Assembly: GCA_964187785.1 (NCBI GenBank)
Contig: OZ076420.1
Coordinates: 23,622,001 to 23,686,000 of the forward strand
Origin: Amphiscolops sp. MND2022
Taxonomy: Eukaryota
Reading direction: 5' to 3'
DNA length: 64,000 bases
Shown: positions 36,332-50,874 of the stretch, piece after piece
Position numbering within the stretch: the first letter of the stretch is position 1
Layout: each line of letters starts with the position of its first letter
Made by a program: the position numbers and the translations under genes
The notes under the pieces: model-generated
What the model was told of the DNA's origin: nothing
The model's input: only the letters and a program-made list of their open reading frames with translations
Database searches by the model: none

Positions 36332-37399
36332 TGGGCCGGTCCCGGCTTGTTATACTTTGATGAAGCAATATCATATCTTGCTATATCAGCAAACACTTGT
36401 TTCCATTCCCTTAAACATTGAGAAGAGTGGTTAGCCAATCAGAATCGATCACGAGAAACCAGTCGGAATTGCGGATTTATCATTCCGGTGGCGGATAAAA
36501 TAATCCGCAGGCGGAGAAAATATTGCGGAGGCGAGTAAAGTATTCCCGGCGGTGGCTGGCACCCAAAAAAAAGTAATTTTACCCAAAGTCTCACAGTGCC
36601 GAAAATGTCGCACAGTGCCGAAAAACCATATAACCTATCTTAATGCGTTGCCGAATCTATTCCCTACCTTTATACATAGCACATCATTGACAGCCACTCG
36701 GCTCAATACCTTGATACATTGAGTCAAGTCGTCAGCAAATCAGAATCGAGCACAAGTACACGACTCGAGTCGTCAGCCAATCAGAATCGAGCACGACCCG
36801 AGTCGTCAGCCATGCACGAGACGAACCCAAGCGAGTCGTGTGGATGCATGACCCTTCTCGGCTTTTGGCTATCTTAAAACCAAAGGTCTTGCTATGATCC
36901 CCCCACCTGATGAGCTTCTTCTCTTACCACTGTTAGAGCATTCGTCCTGTACTGGGACGGTAACAGGTTCGATTCTCTCTCAACTCACCATTGTTGGGTC
37001 TTACGCAGGTCCTTAATCCCTAACTTAGTGGTATGGTCAATGAGTGGTATGGATAATGAGCACAAAACGCTTCCTTTGGGTGTTTTCGGTCGACTATTAA
37101 TCATCAGACGCTGAAGCGGGCCACTGACTTGAGACGTTCCCGTCATGTTTGATATTTCTCTCTTATGTTCCGAGAACAACTTTTTCGACACTGCTATAAT
37201 CACGGCTTGTAAAACCGTCCCCACTTAATTCCGAGAAAAAATGCTTTCTTTAGTTCCTTGGAAACTTGAGCTAAAGCGCTGGAACGTCTCTGCTTGAAGG
37301 TTATGAAATTGTACATAACTATGATGTAGATGGCAAAAAACAGTTATAAAACATCCAATCACTGCTTCTCATCTAGTTCAACTGTAAGTTGTTTTATTA

Positions 37400-38213
37400 C
37401 GTAAGTGTGGTTAATGACAAGAGGTCATACGTCTTTACACTTGTCGGCCCCGTTGGTTTCCTAGTCCTACAAAATTGATCTTGTTTTTGTTGTCGCCTTT
37501 TGAGCATGGCCTGAACTATTTTAGGTGTAATCGAACTGGAAAAGCAAGGTGAAATCTGTGTAAATGGCGAACCGCTTCCCATGTTAAATATGACTCTCGG
37601 AGCTGGCGTTAGCAATTTGTGAAGGACGTACGCTGCCGTTTCCTTCCCTACAAATTAGGGTTTCACCGTTTTTTGACAACTTTGATACGGTCGGTAGGTT
37701 CGTTCAAACACGGATCTGCTGCATTCATTCTGTCTTCCATCCATATCCTAGAAGGTCTTTTTCTGATTTATTGGGTGGGCATTTCTGATGAAATTTCCTT
37801 CATGACTTGCTGTTATTTCTTCAATATATAATTTTTCTGGTCCAACGGTCTAAAAGTCAAATCTGAACCAGGTGAGCGAAGATGTCTCTTCTCGGTCATA
37901 TTCGGAGATTATTTGTTGGTATTGTGGACTAAGAATGTTTAAAATCTAATTGAAAGGGTTTGCGTTTAATACAATGCACGAACTAATACAATGTAATATC
38001 CAGCAAAAGAAGTACATACAATGCCAAGGTTGCTGGACAGGAGACCATAGTCTAACTACAAGCCAAAACATCATCTTGTCTCCCACAAGTAGTTTTCTAT
38101 GGGACTTTTTTATCGTCGAGGAGACTCCTCATTTCAGAGCTGGCACACTCAAAGTCCATACACGTCCCACAAGCACGTCGATAACGGTTCCTAGTGTTTC
38201 TGAGACTTCTTAC
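37400..38213 (-). pseudogene. Old Gypsy-type integrase relic, apparently the target of the E2 insertion
   Basis: QQPWHCMY-FAGYYIVLV (cf. PW.R.H.DFAG..Y.V.VD) and TAAYVL..L..P.VIFN.GSPFT (cf. P..I.SDNG..FT). Confidence 0.45.
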
Positions 38214-40736
38214 TGTCACAGCCCGCTCCCGGACTGGATTGTCACTGCAGACGAGTGAGGATCGGAAGAGGCCATGGGTGCAGCCTACGATTCCCCAAAT
38301 GGTATTTTAATTACTAACTCGAAAACTTTAAACTCTAATCTTAAATAAACTGTGACTAAAAATACGGAAACGAACGCCCAACTTACGTAAAGTTTAAACA
38401 AAAATGAGAACAGAAACTAAAATGAAATAAGATGATTTCACACATATCCGGTAGGACGTCCTTAGTGCGCCAAAATAGAAACATTCGCCACCTGAAAACT
38501 AAATTAAAACACGTCGTGAAATAAAGACCATAGACCGATCTAAACGAAAACATACCCAAAATCACCATTGGAAAAAGGACATTATCTGAATCTAAAATAG
38601 AAACTACATTGAGATGACACACTGAAATATCCACTCCTTTTCTAAGAAAGGCAGCTTAATTGCACTTTGAACAGCAATTAGTGCGGATTAGGACGTCGGC
38701 ACTGCGCTAAGTAAACAAAATAAAGAATACATGTATATTAGATGTCGGTAAGAAGCAGACTTGAAAGTATATAGTGTGACGTCACCGTTTCGTCCGCGCT
38801 CACTAGAGAACCATTCCAATTTACCGCCTATATTAGTGACACTACTTAAAATCATTCCAATTTTCCGCCATAGTGACGTCACGGTGCTGTCTTCACGGTG
38901 CGGACTAATTCTTACTTCAAATTTGCGTCCACGTTGCGTCCACTATACTAGACCAGGCCTAATACTAATACGTACGTCCACGGTACGTCCAAATTCCACC
39001 AAAACAAGCTGTTTTAATCCATCCAAAAGTTATGATGAATATCATTCAAACTAATTAGTACTAGGAATACGCTTAAAGTGCATGGTAATTTAACAAGACA
39101 ATTAGTGAAGAATTTGAGGACCTACGCCACGTTTCCGTCAAACATTTCCTTTGCCGGGTTAATTCTGCTCTAAAACTTAAGTTGAAATGGAAATTCCTAT
39201 ATGATGTAGGTGAAAGTCACAGTTTATGGGCATGACGAAAGTAAATCGATAGTATTTTCGTATTGGAAATGTATTTTCATATGTTCGTATTTTGTACTAC
39301 ATAAAGCGTGTGCTATAACCTTGTTGTGTTTAAATGGACGTCGGTACGTCGTCATTCCCTAATCAGGATAGTCATTGTTTTAACCCCAACGTGCATAAAT
39401 TCAGAATAAATGTTCGTCATGCCTTTGTGCATTTTGTATTGATTGAGATCTGGTGATAGGAGGTTTTGAACTCCTGCTTGTTCAGAAAAATCATAAAGCG
39501 CCGTCCTCACGTCGTCGGACGATTTTGTCCGAAATTACTATCTTATGTGCAAGTTAAAATCTGTTGGCAGAGTGTTATGTATAATCATCAAATGGACGCT
39601 AAAATGATATTAGACAGTATTTGTGATTGGAATATTAATAAATTGGGACAGAAGTCTGAATTAGACCATTTAGTCCATCAATCCATCAAGTGACAATGTG
39701 TCGTTGTTTTATTTTGTTAATCGTTAATCATTTAATTTGAAACTAATTTGAGATTGTTGCTAATTCTTTAATCTTGTTCTCATTCCTTCTTAGCATCATT
39801 GGAGATTACAGAGCTGAAAACATTAGTCATAGCATTTTTCTCGAGCGAAATATCAAAATTCAGGCATTAGTTGTTCATGCCGGCGTCACCTCAGCGTCAG
39901 TTTCTTACTAACCAAAGCAGCAAAACAGGGAAATATTTCCGGTTTGACAGACTGAAGTAATATCTAGTTCCTGCTTGGGAGGAAACAAAAGGACGCCGAG
40001 CTGAAATAATATGATTATGGTTGGTGACTAATGCTAGATTAGATTTGCCGTGTCTCAAAATTTGACGGAATGTCGACGTAAAATTGGGAACAAAATGATT
40101 TTTGCATCAAAAATACAGGAAATGACTAATTATTCGGAGGAAATTAGGATTTAGCTCGTGATCAAATGATGCTAAGAGGGTATATATACGATGATTTTAG
40201 CTAACTAAGGGACTCAGTCTTTTGCAATTGTACAATTCAGTTGAATTTTTAATTTCACCAAACTCTTGCCTTGTTCAACCTTGTTAGAAAATATCTCTGA
40301 AAGAAATTCAATTCTTCAAGATCAAACTTTTCTACAAAAATGTCAACAACAAGAAGCGAGAAAAGAAGGAACGATCGGCAAAGCACCAGTGAGAACGTAA
40401 GTGAAGGCTTGATTTCACCCATAGTAGTAGGAAATCCTTGTTCCTTAAACCAGGACGATGAGGTAGCGGGGCCTTCTAACCCAAAATCCCCCCGGATTGA
40501 AAACAGCCTCTTAGAAAGTTTAAGGGCTTCCTTGAAAGAGGAAATAACATCAGAAATTAAGAATCTTCTTGTCGAATCTCAGAAGGAAATGTTGAAACTC
40601 CTGAAACCTGAAATAAGGGGAAATACTAGGGAAAATACCGAGGAAGAAGTAGAAGAAGAAACTAGAAACTTTTATACTCCTACAAAATCAGTGAGGATAA
40701 GTTCAACCCAAAACGACCCGAGCATTAGTCGTAACA
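38214..40736 (+). repeat. E2 5' LTR (about 2.5 kb)
   Basis: TG...CA ends and PBS at 40737; the left end is supported by a homologous sequence beginning TGTCACAG at 56528. Confidence 0.75.
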
Positions 40737-41779
40737 TGGTGACAGGAGTCCTAACCGACTCCACAAACTAGCCAAAAAGAACGAAAGCCCGGTCCCAAAG
40801 CCAACCGACGTCGAAAGAACGCCCAATAGTGGCAAGAACTTTATTTGCAACGGATAAAAATGATGGCACTGCATTGCCCATGCCAAAAGCACTAACGGCA
40901 TCACTCCCAACCTTCGATGGGAAGTCGGAAAAATTCGAGCTTTTTGAAGACCTTTTTCGCAATAATATCAAAATGTACCCACACCTTACGGAAATCCAAA
41001 AAATAAACTATTTCCACTCCCTGCTCAGAGGAGATGCCTTACAAGCATTTTGTAATATCGAAGATACGAAAAAGGATTCCCTTGATGAAATCATGACGAT
41101 TTTCAAACGACGTTTCGGAGATTATTTGTCCATGGCCAAGGCAAGATGCGAATGGGATGCGCTCAAATTCAATCCCTCGAACCAGAAACTCCACGAATTT
41201 CTGGACGTACTCCAAAAAACCGCCAAAGAAGCCTTCGGCTCTGAAGCCCAACAATTTATTGATAACGCGATCTATGCAAAAATGCCGGACCATGTAAAGA
41301 AAATATTGAATAGGGCGTACCTTGAAGACAAACCCTACAACGACATCGTACTGCATCTAGAAAGGGAAATGAGACTTAACGGCCTCGGGGCGCTAGATGA
41401 AGTAAACCTGGTACCACTAAACAAAGTAGAACCAGCCCCACCAAACACTGAGTCGAAACAGGCCGACAACACGACGCAAAACACCAAGAAAGGGTATTGC
41501 TTCTACTGCAACAATTTCGGACACTACAAAGCGGAGTGTAGGAAAATGAAAAGAGATAAATGGATGCAAACCAAGAGAAACAATGGCCAAACCAGCAGCA
41601 GTTCAGGCAAACCACTTAAATGCGACACGTGCGGCAAGCCCCACAAAACAGAAAATTGTTGGAATGGAGCCAACGCTGCCAACGATCCGCGTCCCAAGCG
41701 CCACACTACACAGGAACAAAAAAGGGACACCCCAGACCAGCTGACAACAACCGACTTTGCCACCGAACCAAAAAACTAA
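40340..41779 (+). pseudogene. gag: E2 gag, starting inside the LTR, with one nonsense codon at 40769-40771
   Basis: ORFs 40340-40771 and 40829-41779 are in the same frame; LPTFDGKSEKFELFEDLF; knuckles CFYCNNFGHYKAEC and CDTCGKPHKTENC. Confidence 0.88.
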
Positions 41780-44700
41780 TTACGCCGCGCCTGCGTTTTG
41801 GGGAAAAAGTAGACGCGAGGGCGTATTCAACCGAGGATCCCCCCACCACATATGTTAACAACACAACGATTGAATGCAATGGCACACCAACAGAAGACTG
41901 GCTAAGACGACAAGCACTCGCTTCTATAAAAAGGCCATATCCACAAACTGAACAAGCAGAAACCTACACTACAGGTATAAAGACTACAGGGACAATCCTA
42001 AACAACACGCAAATCTTCCTACCAACTTACCCCTCATCAACAGAGAACTCTCCGCTACAAACCAGGTAGAACAAAATGAAAGCGCCCCCGACGACCGCCT
42101 ATCGTCACAACAGAATGAAGGAGATAATCACGACTCCACCAAGACATTTCCGTCTCCGGACGATTTCCCCACATCACTCAACTCAATCAAGGAGTACGTA
42201 GCCGAAAAGGATGGAGAAACATATATACCTCTCCACTCCACCATAGTCCTCAAGAGCAGAAGGAGAATGCTGTACTTGCCACTCGAATTCGGCGAAATAA
42301 CAATGGATGGACTTGTCGACTCAGGCGCGTTCATCAATGCCATGTCCTGGTCAGACTACAACGCAATCAAAATGAACAGTGATAGTTGTGTCATAAAAGA
42401 ATACCCTCAACCTCCCTTCAAGATCGAATGCGCAAACGCACAACTAGAGCAACCAATAGCCACAGCGGACATTCAGTTCAATATTGGAACATATATCTTC
42501 ACGGATACCTTCGTCATCCTATCGAAAACGTCATTTCCTATCATAGGATTGAACTTCATGAGAAATCACCAAGCAGTAATTGACACTGCCAACGGGACCA
42601 TCAATTTCCCGCACGTCGAAATGACGCTAGCCATGACGGACGAGATGAAAAAATGCAACCCGAAACCGCTCCAAATAATGGCAGAAGGAAATCAAACCCT
42701 ACCGCCCCAACAAACAACAACAGTGAACGCAATAGTAATAACCACAAACATGCATGACGTCACTGGTGCGGTACAACCACTACCACAATTTGATGAAGCA
42801 GAAACAATCATTGTTGCACCAGCACTAGCGACAGCCCACAATAAAAGGCTCAACATCCGAATCGCCAACTTTCCCTCAGATTTCCCTCATACAATAAAGA
42901 ATCACACAAAACTGGCTGAACTACAAATCCTCAAACCCGAGGACACGAAACAAATACGACCAGTAGACGCCGCCGCACTCAAATTGCTAGAAGATCCTGA
43001 TGACACCCACATGTACGTCAATGAACTCATGAAAGCCAACGAAACCGAACAAGGTGATGAAACTTTCTGGTTCCCCACACCCGAGAATCCGGGAAATGAA
43101 GAAGAACATACGCCAATCCAACGACGGATCCTGAAGGAAATCCGTGAACTAATCCAAAGAGAGGAATTAGACCCAACCAAAGACCAGGATTCGAGACAAA
43201 AGTTCCTCGACATGTTTCAGTGGGAAGGCTCCCAAATCGAAGGCAACGACAGGAAGCAACTTGAGCAAACAATAATCGAATATAACGATATCTTTGCCCG
43301 CCATCGCCTTGACATTGGAATCAACAATAGCTTCAAAGTCAAATTAACTCCGAAAGACGAGCGTCCAATTTACACGCAAAGCTTGCCGGTACCAATCAAT
43401 CTAAAAGAAGATCTAACAGTCGAATTAGCACTAATGCATAGGTACGGCATAATAACGACCCTACCATTCTCAAAATATGCAAGCCCAATCTTCGCCCAAC
43501 GCAAACCGAATGGCAAGCTACGACTACTCGTCGACCTACGAAAAATAAACGCACTAATCTCAGATGATTACATCAACAATAACCATCCAGTCAGCACCCT
43601 TTCAGATGCAGCTCAACATCTAGCTGGGAAAAAATTGTTTTGCAAACTAGACTGCTCACAGGCATATCATTGCCTACAGATGGCAGACCAACGATCAATC
43701 GAAATGCTAGCCTTCAACTTTGCAAGCAGAACGTTCGCCTACAAACGCCTAGCACAAGGACTGAGCAGAGCCCTGTCGGCATTTTGAAGCTTCATGCGAG
43801 AATACTTGGATAAAGTAATCAAAGCCGATCAATGCGCGCAGTACGTGGACGACATCGGAATAGCGGCCAAATCTGTGGCGAAACTGATACGCAACATTCG
43901 AGCAGTTTTTGAATGTATCAGAAGAGCGGGACTCAAATTAACCATCGAATAATGCCATTTCGGAGTAACCGAAGTCGAATTCCTTGGAAAAACGATCACA
44001 CCACAAGGATCCTAAAATTCAAAAATTCCTAGCAAATGCGAGATTTCCAAAATCCAAGACACAAGTACAAAGATACATCGGTTTTATCAATTATTATCGC
44101 AACTACATCCCGAGACTGTCTGAGAAATTGCTCGGATTCTATGAACTACTGAAAGCAGACAAGCAAATCAAAGTCACAGAAGAACTACTTGACCATTACA
44201 AAGCTATCAACGCAGCACTGGCGCAAGCTTGCGGTTTGGCACTCAAACAACCAATCACAGGACGACAGTACGTCCTGATGACGGATGCCAGCTTCCGAGC
44301 CTCCGGCTATGCACTAATGATTGAGGAAGACAACGACAAAAAACTCAATTCAAAAAAGAAGACATTTGCACCAGTCGCATTCGGATCAAAGGTGTTTTCC
44401 CCGGCCCAAATCAAAATGTCAATTTACTGCAAAGAATTCTCAGCAATCTATCACGCCTTCCTTGAATACAGCCATATTCTATGGGAAACAACCCTACCAA
44501 CTCTTGTAATGACCGACAACAGATCGGTAACGCGTTTCTTTCAAACGAAAGCAATCCCGCCCACTCTGTGGAATGCATGTGATTATGTACTACAATTCAA
44601 TTTCCACATAATGCACGTCGCGGGTACGCAAAACACGGCGGCCGATTTTCTGTCAAGAATTGATCTCAATCCCAAAGAAAGAGTTGAGCTAAAAATCAGA

Positions 44701-46646
44701 GAGGATATTACAATCAGGCCCATCCAAGTGAATCTCCAATCAACGGACGTCGCGGATGAGGAACAGCTTTTCTTCCTTCCGGATGAAACAATTGAAACAG
44801 AAGAAGAAATCCTATTGCAGAAAGAACAAACTAGACAAGATGCGCGCGACGAGGAGACGACCAAAATCAAAATAGCCATAAAGAAACCACCCCAATTCCA
44901 ATAATTAGGGCATCTTATACCTTTGGGACAATAAAAGAAGACGCACGCATTAGGGTCGAGCAAGACTCGAATTTGGTATTCAAAGCAATCAAAAAGAAAC
45001 TGATATGTGAAGAATACGACAAACACCTTCTACAGACCGATCCGACAGCCAAGCGCCTCCTACTCCACGAGAACAGACTAATAGTGAAAGATGGAGTACT
45101 AATGCGCAAATTCTACGGGGAATGTGGCCAAGTCACCCATCATCAAATTTTAATCCCCGAACATTTAATCACAGAACTCTTGAAAGCAATCCATGGACAA
45201 ATGGGAAAGCATCCAGGAATCACAAAAATGATCCAAGAATGCCGATCAAAGTATTACTACCCCGGATTAGCAAAGAAGATCAGACAGTGGGTAATGCAAT
45301 GCGAAGAATGCATCAAATACAAACGAATCAACAACAGCCAAATCCGACCAAAGATGATCAACAATACGGAACACGTCTTAGGACCAGAAGATATCCTAGA
45401 AATAGACATATTGCCGAATTTACCAAACTCTGCGGGATACCAAAACATTGTCACGGTGATTGATGTCTTTTCGCGTTATCTATTTGCATATCCAACGCAG
45501 AATAACACAGCAAAAACAATAGGACGATGTATTGTCGACGTCATGACAAGACACGCATACTTACCAACATTAATCTTTTCGGAAAAAGGCTCACAATTCC
45601 GATCAGAAATCGTCGCAGAGATAACCCAGATACTCGAAATTCAAATCAGCCACGCATCTACGAAACATGCACAAACAATCGGAATTTTGGAAAGAACGCA
45701 CGCTTCAATCAAGACCGCCCTAAAAATATCAACGGGCGAACGACGCTCAATGTTGCACAAATATGTCCAAATCGCAGTAATGAATTACAATACAACATAC
45801 CATGAAACTCTGGGCTGCGAATCATCTACAGTATTTCACGGACGTATACCTTACAACGTTCTCGACTTAAAACTGGGCATCAAGCCAAAGCGGAAAACCA
45901 CCCCCCATTCGGATATAGCAGAACAACTCCAAAAACAAATTGACGAAGTGCGAGCGACGGCAAAGGACAACATCATGCTGTCTTATCTCAAATACAAAAA
46001 ATAATACGACCGCAAAGCGACCGCGGCTCCATTAAAAATCAACGACTACTGCTATATACTTAACCCGAAAGCCGACAATCAATCGACAAAGTTTGCGTTT
46101 CAAGATTGCATCTGGACAGGACAGTATGTAGTACTCAAAGTGCTTTCGAACAACAACTACACAATACGAAAAATTGGCACAAGATATACACAAACACTAC
46201 ACAGGATTCGCATACGACCTTACGTGCCAGAACAACGCTTGCCCGACGTCACAGTACGAGCCAACGACTACCTTCCTGACCCAGAAGTTAAAGTCTCACA
46301 CAATGAATGGTATGCGGTATCATGGGAAATGGATTTTGGAAAGCAGATTGATGAACACGAACCACCGGAAAACACAAGAAACAACCATAGCGTAGAAATA
46401 CAAGAAGTGGCAAATACAGACGACGAAGCGCCGCCGTCTCCAGATTTTTCAAACCTTACAACAGACGTGGGGGATAACCCATACATACGACGCCCCCCAC
46501 CCATTGAAAGTCCACCTATTCCCCCAGGATCACCGACTGTGGGATATAACCCAAGGAAAATAGCGAAATATAACTTGAGACCTAATCCTAAACCTAATGC
46601 TAATCCTGACTTCAGACGACTTGACGCTATGACTACGACTCATTAA
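41770..46646 (+). pseudogene. pol: E2 pol, broken by stops and frameshifts
   Basis: LVDSGA, RT motifs shared with E1 (YASPIFAQRKPNG, YVDD), MTDAS, and integrase fragments at 44973-46004 and 46140-46646. Confidence 0.93.
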
Positions 46647-46879
46647 AGAAAAAGACATTATTCAGTGTCCAGATCGAACCAATCTGACCAAGTTAATTAG
46701 AGACATACTACGGCCTCTTCGGTATTTTTACTTCTTCTCGACTCCATACACCCAATCTACTGTTTTTTATGGGTAACTTTCTACTTCATACAATTTGAAA
46801 CAACAAAACAAGATTAAACAATCCAACATTGAGACAACAAAGAGCAAACAAAACAACAAATATAACTACACTACAGGTT

Positions 46880-49800
46880 TTAATTTTTTTTCGAACCACT
46901 CTGCCTCTTCGATTTTTTACTTCCACCTTTTGACGAAGTCGACGCCACACTGGAAGCCCCAGAACTCTGCTGTGATGGGCGCTTGGTCGACGATTTCCCT
47001 CCTCTTGAAACAACAGAGCCATCACGCCCAGGACGACCACTAGACGACGCAGCAGCACGAGAATCACCAGTACCATCACTCCTAACACGCTGGTTGGCAG
47101 TCCGAAATCGTTGATAAGACGCTTCCTTCTTGCGATCCAAGTGAGCACTAAACAACTCTGAATAACGAAGAACAAAGGCAGAGCGATCACCTGTACAAAC
47201 ACGAGCCCAAGGGTCGAATCCACTAGATGAAATCATGAAATTACGAGCATTAGAGACGGCATCCCGGACACTCCCCATGGTACGTTGAGTAAATAACGAC
47301 CTCACACTGAAACTCGGAGGACAAACATAGCTTTGCACCCCGCGCAGACAAGACGTCACCACAGTCTCAGGCACAGCACATTCATTCAAGGAAAAGGCCA
47401 CTGCAGGGAAATCGCACGTAGGGCGCCGCATGACCAGACAACACAACTTGAAGACACGACATAAACTCTTCCGTGACAAAAAACTATAGTCTGCCAGTAA
47501 ATAAGCCACAATATCAGCAATACACTCTGCACTGTTGCCAGAATCAGCATGGCGCAGGCGGGCATCCACGACAAAGGTCATAAACTCCTCTGCCCCAGAC
47601 TTTGCATCCTCAGAACTCAGAGCACCGCTTCTCTCCAAAACCTGGACCAATTTACTGAATAACTGGAAAACATAACGATCGTCACCTTCCAGCAACAACT
47701 CGGGGCAGAAACAATACGCGCCTTGAAGAAAGTCCGAAGAGACGAGGTTGTTCTCCAGAAGGACGTCCACCAGGCGATCCATAAACTCGCGACATCGATT
47801 CCGGAATTCAGTTAACTCGCCAGTCGTCCCACGCTGTAATTCTACACCAAACTCATGGCTCAACAAGAAATCAGCAGTGTCAATCTTGTTAAATGAAGCA
47901 ACCTTCTCAGTATCCATATATGCTGCCCAATCGTTCAATTCAGGGAGGCTAGACAACACGCGGGTGCGGGACAAAAGACAGTACACGAATTGACAGATCT
48001 CCATGTAACAGTGGAAGCCGTAATCTGCACGTCCAGTCAGCTGCTTCTTGAAGGTACAACGATCTAAACAACAACAAATCATACCAACCTCAAAGGAAAG
48101 GTCCACGACAACAAGACGACGATCACTTACAGAGATCCAACACGTGAATCAACAGTCCCAGTCGCAAACGATTCGTGTTGTCGCAATACACCTGACTGTC
48201 AGTGCCACGCATCTAAAACACACCACGTAACTACAATAAATAGAAAGTCTATCCCTTCCTTTTATACAGAACAAACAAAACTCTCCACCTAACCAAAACC
48301 CAAAGGCGGATTACAAGAAGAGAAAGAAGGTATATAGATCATATCACTAACCATATCAGTCTCCGTTTTAATGTATCGAGGACCCGTGTATCGAACAAAC
48401 TCCCTCACTGACTTCCACACGGGGACCAATTCGACTGCAACCTCACGCAGATCACAGAAAGACACTCGTCCAGCGATGATACAGCGACGTAAAACAGGAG
48501 TGTCCTCCAGCCAGGGTTCAGGAAACGCGCCCCTCAGTCGCAGCATGAGGTAATCAATCATCGCGGTAACCTCCATCATGCCCAAAACCTCCTGGTGAGC
48601 CTGACGATAACAACTGAGGAACACCTCCTCGGAGAAATGTCGGCCGAGGATGAATTGATGACCGTCATCCCGATTGTCGCTAATTACGCGCAGCAACGAA
48701 GGACTAGACCCTTCTATACTCACTGGCAACTGGCCACTAGGGATACTACCCAAAACACAAGACAGCGAAGCTAGTTCCGCCTGAGGGACGCTCTGACCAA
48801 GAGGCTGAACATCGACACAAACTTCCAGAAAATTGTTTGACTCCCATGTCCGGACCAGACAATGTTTGCCATCAGGTCGATCCACAAAGACGATACTGTA
48901 GCATTTAAACTCTCCAATACGGGCGACCAACACACGCAGAACCCGCGGAAACAGGCCCTGACACAGCAACGACTGAAACACAACAATACTCAGCCCTCTG
49001 GAATACTAAAAAACCAAGCCCCATCGACCATCAGACGACAAATAAACTTTACCGAGAAAAAAAAACAAAAAGGGGGACAAGAAAAGGAAATAGAAAATAA
49101 TTTGAAAGTCTTACTAAAGATTCCCCACGGTTCCATGCCAACTTGTACAGAGGATTTTCCGAAGCCAATGTAGCCCGGAAGTGACCCCACAACTTGCGTA
49201 ACAGCAGGTAGTCTCCTCCACTTCGAAGCAACTCAATCAAGCAATTGACCATCGTTAGCAACGGCACGCTCGAATCGACACGCGTACAAGACGGCAGCAA
49301 ATCCTCTGGAAAACTGAAACCCTCTGGCTTTTCCTTGAAGGGGCGTGCCAAGTACTCTTGCGTTTGAGACTAGCTCAACTCCATAGGGTCTAATAGTTTG
49401 TTGTACACTTGGAGACCTTGATGAACACGATAAGTGACATCCAAGAGCCAGTGTTTGTCACTCGAGAAATGCCGCATGATCTCTCGCACCCCCTTGGCTG
49501 CAATTGACACGTCTCGCTCACAAAGCGTACAGAAGAAGGCCGACTCGACTCCAGAACTCGAACCACTGACGAACAATTCGAACACGGGGTGGTCTTTGAC
49601 CATACTACGGCGGAGTCGATTCCGCAAACTCACAGTCCGTGTTCGTCGCCGAGAGGGACTAGCCTGTTCAAGACTCGCCTCCACACGTGTCACCAACTCC
49701 TCGAACTCTGAAACACGTACCGAAATAAACAATCAGAACATCAACTATACAATTGACCCACTCCCTAACCTTCTAAAATGCACCCGAAATACTCTACAAC

Positions 49801-50874
49801 AAACAGTAACACAGGAAAGAACGAAGCTATACTAACTCGCGACAAAAGGCTCCAGTGCGCGAGTCTCCAACTCTGACGCCACTGCCTCGCCGAACAATGC
49901 TGCCTGCTGGGGAGTATACGCACCAACTGCAGCAGCCGCTCTCTCATCGCCACTACTCTCAACTCGGAGGGTCTGGGACTGAGCAACCGTCGCCAACGTG
50001 ACGGTACGTCGCCGCTTACCAGAAAGGCCAGCAGGTTTAGAGGTCGACTCTGTAAGAGAAAACACAAAATCACCAACGACTCCCACCAAATTAACGCACC
50101 CCCCCTCCCAACCAGGAAAAGAAAGCCTAAACGACAAATCAACCACAGAAGTTCAAAAAAAAAGGAGAACAGAACCATAAAATATAATCACAAACACTCA
50201 CCAGCAACTGTTGTGCGTGAGGCCCCCTGCTTACTGAAAGTCTGCGTGAATTCCGACAAGACTCGGGTGAAGCGCGGGGATGACGTCGAAGCTACACTGT
50301 CTCCCGGTGTCCTCTCAGTCGACACTCCCTTCTCTTTTTCTTCCTCCGCGAGAAGTATCGTCCAAACCCTGCCCAGGAGCGTTTAACAGAGCAGAAAGAG
50401 GTATATCCAAATCGTCGAGGGAAACATCAATCGACGGCGCAAGAGTAGCGTCAACGGGTACCTTAGCATTGGCTCCCGAAGCTTCAACAGACTCAGAAAC
50501 TGAAGGACGATCAACTCCACACAAAGGCGCCACATCGCTGCCTCCAGTAGCCTCAAAAACTTTGGGAACTGCAGGAGAGGCATCAGGTAGTTCACCGAGT
50601 CCAGTGGAAGACCCTTGGTTAACCACTAAAACACATTTTTCCCACCTCAGTCGCGACAAGAAAATCTAAGCTGTGGAAATACAAAGTGCAAAAAGGCCTA
50701 TTTGCATAAGTATAATTCACAAAAGCCTAATGGAACAGGGAAAGTGAACATACCAGCAACTTGTGGAACAGCCGAACGATCTGCGTCACTATCCTGGACA
50801 TCGCCTTCAGAAAAAACATACTGGGTATCATTACCGCTTTGCATCCCGGAGTCAATCCGACGAAACGAAGCCAT
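46880..50874 (-). pseudogene. Predicted 7-exon antisense gene of E2 (about 1060 aa), BED-finger hAT-transposase-like. Exons 50874-50754, 50625-50235, 50049-49837, 49707-49115, 48957-48352, 48212-48131, 48063-46880
   Basis: All six introns are GT-AG with matching phases (1,1,1,0,0,1). One frameshift (near 50340) and one nonsense codon (49370-49372). FFCTLC...EIMRHFSSDKH zinc finger; homologous to the E1 gene. The first two exons are the least certain. Confidence 0.8.
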
